DNA of 63,679 nucleotides, counting the filler, from Nemertoderma westbladi (Eukaryota > Animalia > Xenacoelomorpha), in NCBI GenBank assembly GCA_032718475.1. It is 4 parts of 4 records of this genome, joined end to end, with 100 filler letters (N's around TTAATTAATTAA, not from the genome) between each part and the next. Parts side by side here need not be neighbours in the genome. Positions count along the whole stretch, not along the records: positions 44,386 to 59,642 come from JAUCBJ010004150.1; positions 59,743 to 63,679 come from JAUCBJ010008422.1; 2 more parts are not named here. One strand, given 5' to 3'. Under the pieces are notes generated by a model. The model had not been told where the DNA came from, made no database searches, and saw only the letters and a program-made list of their open reading frames with translations. Positions within the stretch are counted from its first letter, which is position 1. The number at the start of each line of letters is the position of its first letter. This document shows, piece after piece, positions 48,821 to 61,322 of the stretch. Both the position numbers and the translations under genes were made by a program.

Positions 48821-51800
48821 ATTATTGTGCAGCCCTGTCAGTTACTCTGTCATTGTAAATTAAAATTGCTCACAACTTGTTTCCCTTCTGCCCTTGTTGA
48901 GTTGTGGTGATTTATAAACATTAGTCCAGTAGTCGATGAAATGTCAGAATGTATATGTGATATGTTGTTAATACAGTCAGACAGTAATATGTTAATGGAC
49001 AGATGGATGAGTCTGTAACAGATACCGTACTGGCAGACTGGTATAAGCATAAACAAAACTAAATAATCACATGCTTCAAAGGCTGAAATGGAATTAAACG
49101 TAATAATATTTGACTACGTGAAGCCACAAAGCAGCAAGCAGGCAAGGGGGCATTAAAGTTTGAGAAGAAAGAAGTGACAGAAGAAAAATATAATTTGTGT
49201 TAAAATTTAGAAAGACTGAGAAAACCAAAACGCGTGTTAAGAGCTTCAACCAAATTGTTTCTAGTAGGCCCTAATAAAAACGGGATGAAATGATTTACAT
49301 TATATGTAGGAATGGAAAGGTAGATATACCGTACTGAACTGATATAGAGTGAAGGACGATTTAGATTGCAGGGCACTTGTATCAGCATTACAGTTACAAT
49401 ATTTAACTATTACAGTATTGGTACAACCAACAATCACCACCTCCCCAAGCAGCGCCAGAGATTACTAACAAAAATAAACTCAACCAGTCAGCCTGTGTTT
49501 GTCAGTTTGTGTTATTGACTCTCATTCTCACCTCATTTTATTCGAATATCTGGATATATTGCTGTATCCATGTATTGGTTAGAATATGCCACTAGCGGTC
49601 CTATAAGTATAACCTGGCCCTACCCCTTAGGCCTAACATTTCAGGATCTAAGGAATGACCATAGAAGGACTTAATGACGCAGAACCTTATTCAATGAGTT
49701 AGTTAAGTTGCCAAATATGGCAACAACGGCTTTATATAGTTGCCAAATCAGGCAATCAGAAATGTAGCTAGATTTTGCTTGGTTGCCAAATATGGCAATC
49801 ACAATCATTGCCAGATTTGGCCATTGTACCTAACTGTAGTTAGATAGTGACCATACATCCCTAAGACAGTAAGATAAGAGTAGGTTTTATTATTGTACCA
49901 GAAACTGAAACTGTACAGTAGGCCTACACAGGTCAACAGGCAGACAGGTACAGGCAGACAGGAGTCTAGGAGTCAGGGAGTATAGGTCAGCCGGTAGCCC
50001 GGTAGGCGACGAAGGGCAGTACAGGCAGTAGCCGGTAGGTACCGGCAGACCGGTACCTTAGTGTAGTCTGGCAATAGTCTGATAGTGGGGCAACTAGTTG
50101 ACCAGTCTGCCAGTTGACTAGCTGGCTTGTGTTCCCTTTCCTTACTTACTACAGTCTGCAGTCTGACAGTACTGCAGTAGCAGCAGAGTAGTACCGATAC
50201 TACTGTGCAGCAGTGCAGCTGTGAAGTGTTGGCTGTTCTCTGATACTGTACAGTCGTGTACAGCAGTCAATGGCAGTACAGATGTACGGTAATCAGTGTC
50301 TGCCAGTAGCCTTACCTACCGACGGTACGTCTGTACGTCTACACGACATACACGTCCAACTTCAACTCAGCCCCTGGCCAGGCAGCCAGGCAGCAGGGTA
50401 GTCAGAGTTCTCTATCAGATTCTCAGAGCTGGCAGTTGGCGCTTCGATTTGAATTTGCCGCCAACGAAATACATACAAAACTGTGTCATTTACATTGTAG
50501 AAGGCGTTAAACACAGTTCGTTTTTTTCATTCTTGCCGATTAGTGGAATGGATACTTCGCTATTACTTATCAACATAGACATTAGACGTGTTCGATCCCT
50601 GGCGTACTGTATCTGTTTATTTTTGCATTATATTTAATAGGCCTATTTTATTATTTAGTCATCAATAACTGACAGTAGAAACAGGCTGTCGGTTTTATTT
50701 TGACGGGCAGGACAAGCATACAAACAGAAACGACGAGGCCAAATTTGAATACTGACATCAGAAATGAAGTCACCGACCAAGAAAACCGATATAGGAAATT
50801 TTTATGATAGATACAGTAGTATATGCTTTCTATTGTTTTGGATACATACTGACGGTGACGGACAGACCGACAGTCAAACAGATAGACGGCCATATCTCGA
50901 GAATTAAGACAGATCATGCTAAACGGTTATCAAATTTGGAATCTTGATAAAAATATGCTCTAGAAGAAATTTAAAAATAAAAATTTATTGTTACAGTTTA
51001 CACCCAATATTTAGATAGTCTGGTACCAGTAATTGCTGTACTGCAGTTGTGTTGAACCGTCTAACAGGAATATTTGAAAATGGAAACATGGGCACAATGA
51101 GAAACGTGCTGTGTTTAACATCTCCTTTACATTGTCAAGGGCCTTCAAACCAGTGCACATTATGTACCACAACAGCACAACTATAATATATATTATTTAA
51201 TCTTTTGTGTATGTTAATAATAATAATAATAAGAGTACGCTAAGGCGATAAACGTCACAAACAGTAAAATAATCAAAGTAGCTGTAGTTAACTAAGAGTT
51301 AAAAAGTATATTCATCCCAAACATTATAAACAATAAAACGAACAGTACAAAACAAATAGTACAAAAGTTATTGGAGTTGTCAAAAAACAATAAAACGTAC
51401 AGGACCTAGCTACAATTCACAAATTCTACAAAACTTCTAGTCGATACAAATAATAAATCCAAAACAATCTAAACAAAACAACCTAAAACAGTCGCTACTC
51501 TGTACAAACAATCAAAAACGTATAACGTATAGACCAATCAATAAAGAGATAATAGATAAAGTAGGGACCGCAGTAGAAGTAGGCCTACCCTACTAAACTG
51601 TATTGACTACAGGACTACTGGTGATCAAGTAACTGAATTGATGTGAGCGGATCCAATTCGCTGCACTACCCAGCGGAAAATGGAAAAATTTACCAATTAT
51701 AGTTGATTAGGTGACATTACAAATATAATGTCACCTAACAATTGGCACCTATCAACCTACCCACAGGGAGAGATGCCAGCGCACAGCTCATCTCAGGGTA

Positions 51801-54635
51801 GAAGCTAGCATAGGAAAAGGGGAAGGTAGATTTGGCCAAGGGGATAGATCGACCAATGGAGGGACAGCATGTGTCCAATTACAGCGCATCCACTGGTTTA
51901 GCCAACCTCTAGGTAGTTAATGTGTCCCATGTAATATATAACCGTTACTCTGTCAATTGTGCTTTAGTTGGTATATTTGGTGAGCAGAAGTCGAACGGTT
52001 TTCAACCGTCATCGGTTGTCTGCTGTCATTGTGTTACTGATTGTGCTATACTACCGGTACTTGTATACTTATCAGAGATTAACAACATTAACACCAAACT
52101 CTTTTATTGTAACCGGCCTTCGGCCTTTCAGTCATTCAGCCACAGCAAGCGGATGCGGCGACGCGTATTGAACCAAGACAAAACCCGGTCGGGATTCGAT
52201 TCCCTCGCCAACTCGGGGATCCCGTCACAGTTGAAAACCGGAACTTAGAGGTGAAAACCAGACTTAGTTGCGACGACAAAAACAAACTGTGTGTGCTAAA
52301 AACTAGAATAGAGCTGCCACCCGTGGAGCCTTTTAAGTTTGATGGTAGCAAGCCGGAAGAATATCTACAGTTCCGGAAGATGTATAGCAATGAGATTTTA
52401 ACGAAAAATCTCACACAGGCGGAGCCTTAAATATCTACAAGTCTATACAGGGGGGCCAGCCTACGACATCGTGAGGCAATACCAATGAAATGAAGGAGGA
52501 TTTACAACGGCATGGAGAGCCTTGGACAGGGAATTTGGCCATCCTGTGAAGATTATCTGACAAACGTTAAGGGGAATAACATCAGGCGGACTCACGGATA
52601 ACCATGCCAGTATCAAAGCCTTTGCCAACAAAGAAGAAAAGGCATTGATAGTTTTAAAGACGCTAGAAGCACCATACAAACTTAATGCTTCAAGTAACAT
52701 CACAAGTATTGTGCATGCACTACTGATATGGTTGAGGAATAAATGGAGAAAGATCGCTTTCTCCACCCGAGAGAAGAAGAGTGCGGAGCTGGGGTTGGAA
52801 GAGATGTCGAACTTCCTTAATTACGAAGCCGAGTTGATAACGGATCCAGTGTACAGCGAGGAGAGTCTGGGCAAGGTGCCGAAAGCGGAATATAGCCGAC
52901 CTAAACCGGAACACAGTGCTGCAGATGCACTTCCGAGAGTGAGGCAATCATTGCCATATGCAACTATTGAGGGACTTCTAGTCCACAGAACAACTGTAGT
53001 GGCTATGGAGGAAACAACACCCCTGACGCGGGTATGTGCATCCAAAACAACAAACCATCTGACTCGGACCTTGACGAAATATGCAAGATGCTATACAGAG
53101 AGCGTTATAATCCAAATTACAGGTGCCAGCTACATAGAAAGCATGTGCATATATGGGATGGGATGCATAAGACCATCGGTTGTTTCCAGAGTGGCAGGCA
53201 CTGCTGAAAGAAGATCCATTAGTCTATACAGGGAGATTTGGGTTATGCCACAGATGCGCGGTGGGAGGACATAAGAAGGATAGGTGTCGAGAGAACCCAC
53301 CAAAGTACACTGAGACCAATGGGACTGGAGGCCAAACTATGGCCACGAGTACTGGGAGATTTAAGAAGCAAGGGACAGTGTTACTGGGAGTGGTGCCAGT
53401 AAAGATAATGGGAGAGGATGGGCGATCGGTGACTACACTGATGTTGATCGACAGTAGGGCGGCATTCAAGTTGACGGAGAGCTGGGTAGCGGATAGGCTA
53501 CAGTTAAAGATGAGTCACCACCATATCCGCCAAGGATGAAATTCTACCAATGAGAACAGGAAGGTGTCGGATAGGGGCTGTAACTCCCGATTCCAACTAT
53601 GGAGCGACTATAGACCCTATATGTATCCCTCAACCCATAAAGATCAATGCCAGGCGGCCGACAAAGATCGAAGTCGCACAGTATCGGCACCTGGATTCGA
53701 TGGACCTGTCGACACCTGTTGACCTGTCGATGTGCCAAAGAAATGTGTCTCTGATAGTCGGGATGGATTGCCTGACAGCCCATGAGAGGCTAGAGACAAT
53801 ATTTGGAAGTGATAAGGAGCGAGACGCAGTGGCGATCGTAATGCCATTTGGATGGACGCTTACTGGGCCTATAAAGTCCAGCATCCCTTTCAACACACCC
53901 GGAACATCTGCATGCATGCTGTCTGGTACCATGGGGGAAGTAGAGCAGAAGCCAAACACGGGCGATGGGGAGAACCCATATGAGAAGCAGCCCGGGGAAG
54001 GATACCAGGAGTCGGAAGTGGGTATGGATATGGATCCACATATAGTGGAAAGGGTGGAGGATGAGTCCAGATAAATACCATCGATTGAGGAGTCAGAAGG
54101 AGGAGCAACAGCAAGAGAGTGGGTGGAGGAGAATGGGTTCGATGCACAGGACCTAGAGGCGATGGGGTGGAACAAAGATGTTCCTGGCGAGGATCAGTAT
54201 AAGGATGGGGAAGAGCGGACGGCGAGATATCCGGAGAGATGTCTGGAAGAGACGCCGGTCCGGTACAAGGATGGGGAAGATTGGATGGCGAGATGTCTGG
54301 AGAGATATATGGAAGAGACGCCGATCCAAATAAGGAGGTCAAATAAGAAGACAAGGTGGAAAGGGGGAGGATGTAAGAAGGTTAATCCAAAGGGAGAGAA
54401 GCCGATGACGAAGGGTGACAAAGGAGGCAGGAAAGTTAGAGGATACGTGTTGTACACGGGGCTGGCAGGGTGCAAGGGGGCATTAAATGGTAAGCCATTA
54501 TGCGTACCGAATGATGACCAAGGGTCATCGGGGGCTTTAATGCCGGCGCACATATTGAGGGGGAGGCCAGAAGAGGTGGCATGTACCAGTGAAGATGAGA
54601 TGAAGGGCGGCATTCTACCGCCAAGAGACAACAAG

Positions 54636-54786
54636 ATGCACTAATGCCGGGTCAATGGGACCATACATATGCACTAACGCTGGGTCAATGGGACCATACA
54701 TATGCACTAACGCCAGGTCAATGAGACCATACATACTCACTAACGCTGGGTCAATGCGACCATACATACGCACTAACACCGGGTAT
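54636..54786. repeat. 33-bp tandem repeat, ~4.5 copies
   Basis: ATGCACTAA(T/C)GC(C/T)GGGTCAATGGGACCATACAT. Confidence 0.9.
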
Positions 54787-55485
54787 TAGGGAAACACATG
54801 GGAGGAAGAGTAGAGGGGTAGGCCAACCCAGATTATGAGGTCATTGAACAACAGGGTGGAGTTTAGGATTTATTGTGAGAGCTCATATCCTGCGGGATAA
54901 GAATCGTCCAGATGGGCGCTACTGGGGGAATGAGTAGGAGGGACACTTGATGGGACCATGGGTTGTGTGGGCTAACAGGCTTGTAGGGTAAGAATAAAAG
55001 GGGATGAGTATGAGAGGAGCATGGGGAGGAGGTGGTGGAGTTTGGAAGAAAAGTAAGAGGTGCGTGATCCGAGTGTGGGGGAGCGAGCAGAGGAGAGGAT
55101 GAGTCCTATGGGACTAGTGAGGTGAGGAGGTTGGACGATGGTGTCTGGGGAGAAAAATTGAGTGAGGAGAAATGGCTATCGTCTAAACAGAGACGCCAGA
55201 TGACTTGGTACAGCTTAGCTCGCAGATGCACCAAGGATGGGTAGTGAGAACAAATCCATGGGGACTAGTCTGGAAAACTGGTCCCAAGAAAAATATACCA
55301 CCCCACATCCAATACTAGATTGGATTCCAGCGGAATTGGAGCGCACTTTAGGTTGATGCTATCTTCTCACCGGGAAGATAGCATGGGGGGGGGGGTGTGA
55401 GCGGATCCATTTTGCTGCACTACCCAGCGGAAAATGGGGAAAATGTCGTTTTACCAATTATAGTTGATTAGGTGACATTACCAAT

Positions 55486-56561
55486 CAGGCCCGTATCGTG
55501 TGGGGGGGGGGGGGGGCTTTGGGGGCACTGCCCCACCAGACATGCTAGCTGTCTTGTTCACTCGTCTTGTTCACAATTAATTAACAATAATATTGTTGAC
55601 CCCAGTGATCAATATTATTGGATACACATTGATAGGGCCTACACTTATAATATGATACACACTTATAATAATTGATACACACTTCTACACACTGACATAC
55701 TCCCCACCATCCCATTTGGTCCAATTATATATTACTACATGACATTAATATACCTAAACCTACCTTCCTGTAACTAAAAATACACGAAAGCTCCAGGTTC
55801 TCTCATTGGTTGATTGTTAGTTGTTGACCCATTGTCTATTTATTTGTAGTTTGGGAGCCAGCTTGCAGCTAAAAGGCTAGACGTTGAGGGTTGCATGGGC
55901 TGGTATCCACATCTATAATTTGTTGTAACTTAACCTTAACCTTAGTCGGTCCTTCGCGCAGCACGTGATATAAACTTATGTAAGTGTCAACTTGAAAGAA
56001 ATATAAGCAAAATCTAAGCAGATATGTCCCTTGATCACTTTACACCTAGAGGCAGTCTGGAAAACTGCAGTCGATTTAAGACCCCAGAAAAAGTTTAAAT
56101 GACACAGCTAATGGTCGAGTACAATTCTGCCGAGTTTCAGCTTAAACGGAAGCAAATAAATGGTAGGACATTTAATGTTTAGACATGTAGCCATCTAGCG
56201 GGAGACTGTTGAACTGTTGGTGTCAAAAGTAGCTAAATAATGTCAAGTTTTGGACATGTTTATGCCTACAAATTTTCAATTCGACAGTTCTAAATCTGAC
56301 AAAGTTATTTGAATGTCAAAATAGTTTCGTCAACAACTATTTGCAATTATTGACATATTCCTTAACAGTGTCAATTCGCCAAGGCTCCGCCAACTTCGTG
56401 GCTCGCCCCACACACCTTTCAACAATATTTATGTACTAAATTAACTCTCACTTTGTTTTTTATGCTCCCCAAATCCTAGTTATGGGTTTACCACCCCCCC
56501 CCCCCCAGATTTGGCCTCTGCCCCCCCCCCCCCCAGATATTATGATCACCATGTGGGCCTG
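55486..56561. mobile_element. hAT-like non-autonomous element inside the 3' LTR
   Basis: CAGGCCC...GGGCCTG termini and 8-bp TSD TTACCAAT. The 5' LTR shows the empty site. Confidence 0.9.
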
Positions 56562-56697
56562 TTACCAATATAATGTCACCTAACAATTGGCACCTAGCAT
56601 TTACACTGCCAGCCACAGGGAGAGATGCCAGCGCACAGCTCATCTCAGGGTAGAAGCTAGCATAGGAACAGGGGAAGGTAGGTTTGGCCAAGGGGAT

Positions 56698-57800
56698 ATG
56701 CAAAGCGGAGGCGATTTTGTTCTAGTGTCAAGCTTGGGGGAACCAATGAGACACCTCCAATGTTATATAGTGTCTGGTTGGTGATGTGTGCATTGAACTT
56801 GACACAATGAACCCGGCGTAGCATTCTTGTGAATGTGCCATCCAGAGATTTGGTGTCCTCAGCAGGTAGAGCCCAGCATGGACTCCCATAGAGGAGTACT
56901 GGAACTACTGCTGCTCTAAATAACCGGACCTTAAGTTTCCGATTAATTCTCGGTGACTTTCAAATCCTCGAAAGCCTATTCAAGGCTGCCCATGCCTTTC
57001 CCTTACGTATTCGAAGGCCCTCACCTGACTTCCGGATCCATGATCCCAGGTAACAGAAGTCATCCACATGCTCAAGCATAACATATTTTGAGCTTATGCT
57101 CATCCGATCAGAGACTTGCTGAGGACTTTCAAAGTTAACTGTCAAAATTTTGGTCTTTCTGGAGTTAATAAAAAGACCAACACTAGAAGCAGCATGTTCT
57201 AATGAGCTGAGGAGCCGTTGGGCTCCCTCTAGTGATTCTGAGAGTACTCCTAATTCATCAGCAAAGTCTAGATCAGTTAGGTACTTGGCAGGATTTCCTC
57301 GACTTCTGGAGCCAGTAGGTGGAGTTATCATCACCCCATCATCATTGTGATGATCCAAGGACATGCGTAGAACATAGTCAACAACAATTATGAACAAGAA
57401 TGGTGCAAGTGTGTCTCCTGGAGGACGCCCCATAACACTTCAAATGGTTCTGTGTCACCGCCAACAGTAGACACAAATGTTGTCGAACCATCGTATACTG
57501 ATCTGATTGCTGCAATAATTTCATCAGGAATCCCATATAATGAAAGTATGCTGAACATACGTGAGCGAGAGACTGAATCAAAGGCCTTGAAGAAGTCAAC
57601 AAAGATAACAGCCAGATGCCTGTCTTTCTTTTTTGATAACTCTTCAATTATCCTTCTAAGTGCCAAAAGGGGCTCCATGGTCGCACGACCTTTACGGAAC
57701 CCATTCTGATTTCCACGGAGCAGTCTCTCAATGGGATCCCTGATGCGATTTAATAGAATTGTATAGCTTTGCAGCAATCGAGATCAATGAGATTCCCCGA
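56698..57800 (-). mobile_element. RTE-like LINE RT fragment replacing part of the 3' LTR
   Basis: NQNGFRKGR, FVDFFKAFDSV, GVLQ/GDTLAPFLF, DLDFADE and FCYLGS; frameshifted. Confidence 0.9.
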
Positions 57801-58459
57801 AAAGAACCATAGAGTGTTAGTTTCCCTCGCCAACTCGGGGATCCCGTCACAATTGAGGTCAGGCCTAATCATCAAGCCTAGCACTAGTAGTAGTATAGCC
57901 CTTACTGTGTCAGTTAATTTATATTTCGCGAAGGAAATTTGAAATTAAACTGCAATTATTTGATTTATAGCCCATATATTTTTGTTTGTGAATGCTATCG
58001 AACGCTGAGAGTGCGAAATTGTCCCCCTATCTGTGAATGGATAGCTTTCACCCCTACTTTAACCTTTTTGATAACCTTTTCGCATAACTTCCGGTAGCTT
58101 TCGGTAATTGTCCTCTTTCAAAACTACAGTATCCCCGTTAAGATAATGAATAACACTTTATATTATAGAGGACTTTTTATCAAGAAAGTTGATCACACCG
58201 TACGGCGAAAGTTATGGAGGTTTTTAGATACTACAGTAATTTCCCCTATTATCGAGTGGATCGAACTAGTGGATCGAGTGGATACAGTATGCCCAACTTT
58301 ACTACTTGAGCACGCTGTACAAATGTAAAATAATACCGGTTAGGCAGACCTAATTTTTAGTAGGCCTAAGTATTTGTTAAAATACTTACAGTTATTTACC
58401 GTTGCAAAATTTATAGACGACTATCTAATTAATAATGACATCAATTAAATAAACAAAAT

Positions 58460-58772
58460 GCCCAGACTTGTTAACCAGGCAGCTTAGTTGTACACGTGCT
58501 GCTCGAAATCCCAGACTAGTTAACCAGCCAGCTTAGTTTTTCACGTGCTGCTCGAAGTCCTAGACTAGTTAACGTGCTGGTTTAGTTGTTCACGTGGTGC
58601 TCGAAGCCCCAGACAACCGGTAGTTAGCGTGCTGGTTTAAATGTTCACGTGCTGCTCGAAGTCCCAGACTAGGTAACCAGCCAGTTTAGTTGTTCACGTG
58701 GTGCTCGAAGCCCCAGACTACCGGTAGTTAGCGTGCTGGTTTAATTGTTCACGTGCTGCTCGAAGTCCCAGA
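58460..58772. repeat. ~50-bp tandem repeat, ~6 copies
   Basis: Recurring TTCACGTG(C/G)TGCTCGAAG(T/C)CCCAGAC. Confidence 0.88.
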
Positions 58773-58859
58773 ATAGATAAATCAACAACATTAACGGATG
58801 AGTGAGTTAAACCGATAATAAATAATTTATTCTGATTCAATGAATTGGGTCCGTCTAAA

Positions 58860-59642
58860 AGCCACATCGGACCCAATCGGTACCACATCGGACCAAATCG
58901 GACCACATCGGACCACATCGGGGCCACATCGGACCACATCGGGGCCACATCGGAGCCACATCGGCCATAAAATAGCAATTTAGGATGTAAATAACAAGTT
59001 CCAGCACCAACCAGCCAACTGACCAAACTCGTATCAGTAATTCAGTAATTGTTAGTCTTTCTGACAACATGTCAGGCTGGTAACCGGTACTGCACTGCAG
59101 TAGGTACTAGATACTACAATATCTAATGCAGAGACTATTGCCCCTACTTATACAGTACTGTACCCGTCTGCAGGTATACACAATGAGCTTGGCAGTTATT
59201 GTATTTGTATAATTATACTATACTATACTGTACTATATACTGACTGACTGATATATAACACATGCACTAGAGACAATCTTCAGTTCTCCAGTCTGCGGAA
59301 GGGAAGGCAAGAAGTTTGAAAGAGAAAACGTTATCAAATGCATTGTTTGAAATAATTTGAAACGGGGGGGGGGGGGGGGGACTGGACGCAAATCCCATCT
59401 TGGCGAATTAATATCCCGCCTCAATGTTATATTCTCAATTTAGGGAAAGGAGCAGGTTGCAGTGGCCCCGATGTGGTCCGATGTGGTACCGATTGGGTCC
59501 GATGTGGTACCGATTGGGTCCGATGCCCGGTACCCATAAGGTCCGATGTGATACCGATTTGGTCCGATTGGGTCCGATGTGGTGCCGATTTGTTCCAATG
59601 TCGTACCGATGTGGTACCGATTGGGTCCGATGTGGTACCGAT
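58860..59642. repeat. Inverted arrays of 10-11-bp CCACATCGGA units (MITE-like)
   Basis: CCACATCGG array at 58862-58965 and complementary CCGATGTGG array at 59468-59642. Confidence 0.75.
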
Positions 59643-59742
59643 NNNNNNNNNNNNNNNNNNNNNNNNNNNNNNNNNNNNNNNNNNNNTTAATTAATTAANN
59701 NNNNNNNNNNNNNNNNNNNNNNNNNNNNNNNNNNNNNNNNNN
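59643..59742. other. Artificial contig spacer
   Basis: N44-TTAATTAATTAA-N44. Confidence 0.97.
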
Positions 59743-61322
59743 ACACCCTTGGAAAGGTGGAGTTTTTAGACCTTTGTGAAGCCTTTCTTTCCAAGATTGG
59801 AAATGAGATGTTGTTTCCAAAGAATGCTGGTCGACCTGGTGAAGAATGGTACCTCTCGTTTATGAAGAAAGGTGGAAGAAAGAACTCAGTGTACGCAAAC
59901 CCAAATTGCTCACCTTAGCTAGAGCATTGGCGTGTAATCGAGTTGTTGTTAATGCATGGTTTATGCTCCTCGAAGATAAACTGGAGAATATGGAGTTAAA
60001 GGACAAACCAGCGCAAATACTGAACTGTGATGAGAGTGGACTTTGCACAAACCCTTCTCTGAGTAAAATTATAACGAAACGTGGGACTAAGAATCCTGTC
60101 AATGTTGTACCAGGTTCCGGGAAGGAACAGTTTACATGATACTCTCCACAGTAAGTGCAGCTGGGCATAACTACCCACCATTTGTTGTCTATCAGGGAAA
60201 GAATCTGTATGCTGAGTGGATGCAAGGTGGTCCTTCAGGAGCTCTTTATGGGGTTACAAACAATGGGTGGATGGAGACTGATGTTTTCTTGAGTATTTCA
60301 AGCAGCTATGCCATGTCTGGCTTCGTGAGGTTCCACGGCCAATTCTTCTCATATATGATGGCCATATGAGAATGAGCCACATCTCTCTAAGAGTCGTTGA
60401 AATGGCAGTTGAACAGCAAGTTATGATCCTGTGCCTTCCTAGCCACTGCTCCCACCTTCTTCAACCACTTGATGTTGGGATATTCAAACCTGCTAAGTCA
60501 ATCTGGCGTGAAATCCTGAAGACATACGACAAAGATTCAAGGCTCAAACAAGTAGGTAAATCTGCATTTCCATCATTGTTGAAGAAACTCTATAACAAGG
60601 CATTTGTACAAGTCCATATAGTAAGTTCATTTGGCAAGACTGGTATCTTTCATATACATCGCACAGCCATTGCTACAGATAAGCTAGCACCTGGAGATGT
60701 TTTTGACAGAGACCAGCCTGTGCTACAAGTGGATACTTCCGTAATTAACACTGACAACGTCGTACCCGATGCTGCAGAGGCTATTGAAGAAGTGAGTTCA
60801 TCTGAATTGTCAGCAGAGGCAGGGACCGCTGGATCTACATTAACAGCTTCCCTGGTTATTGCGCCAACAATATTTGGTGCCAGTTCCCAGCTCTCCTCAG
60901 ATGGACCCAAACGCAACACCGATGAACCAATGTCATTGCACTAATCAATAATGGAGGCTGTATACTCCCAGCTGCGTGAAACACATTCTGTTGTCCGTGA
61001 TACCCAGCGACCAAAGTGTGTTGTGAAGCGCCGATATGGCGGTGAATGTATAACAGAAGATGCTGCCATTGATAGGATCCGGTCAGAGGAGATTGCGAAA
61101 ACAAAGAAGCCACGCAGTAAGCAGACAAGAGGAAAGAGTTCACTTACAACAAGTACAAGTTCAAACATGAATCACTGTGCTGACTGCCATGCTTGTTGGG
61201 ATGATAGGGATGAAAACCATCCTGATTGGGTAATGTGTGAGCGTTGTGATGAATGGTACTGTGGAGACTGTTGGCCTCCTGAATTCTATGGCGATGATGA
61301 ACCTTATTACTGTTGTCAGTAA
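59743..61322 (+). mobile_element. pogo/Tigger-like (DDE_1) transposase pseudogene with C-terminal PHD-like finger
   Basis: ILNCDESG, NGWMETDVF, DGH, LPSHCSHLLQPLDVGIFKP and CADC...WVMCERCDEWYCGDC; stops and frameshifts. Confidence 0.88.

Larger units (their letters stand above)
46452..49836. mobile_element. Non-autonomous TIR element with 5-bp TSD
   Basis: 29-bp TIR CAGTTAGGTACAATGGCCAAATCTGGCAA; TAGTT at 46447-46451 and 49837-49841. Confidence 0.85.
51642..57851 (+). mobile_element. Second BEL/Pao family element with both LTR termini, non-autonomous
   Basis: 5' LTR 51642-52229 (TGTGAG...GTCACA); poly-G PPT then 3' LTR from 55396 to 57851; TSD ATTGA at 51637-51641 and 57852-57856. Gag remnant FKFDGSKPEEY and CHRCAVGGH, protease-like LIDS, PFGWTLTGP, integrase tail LNGKPL...LMPAHIL. 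No RT seen. Confidence 0.92.
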
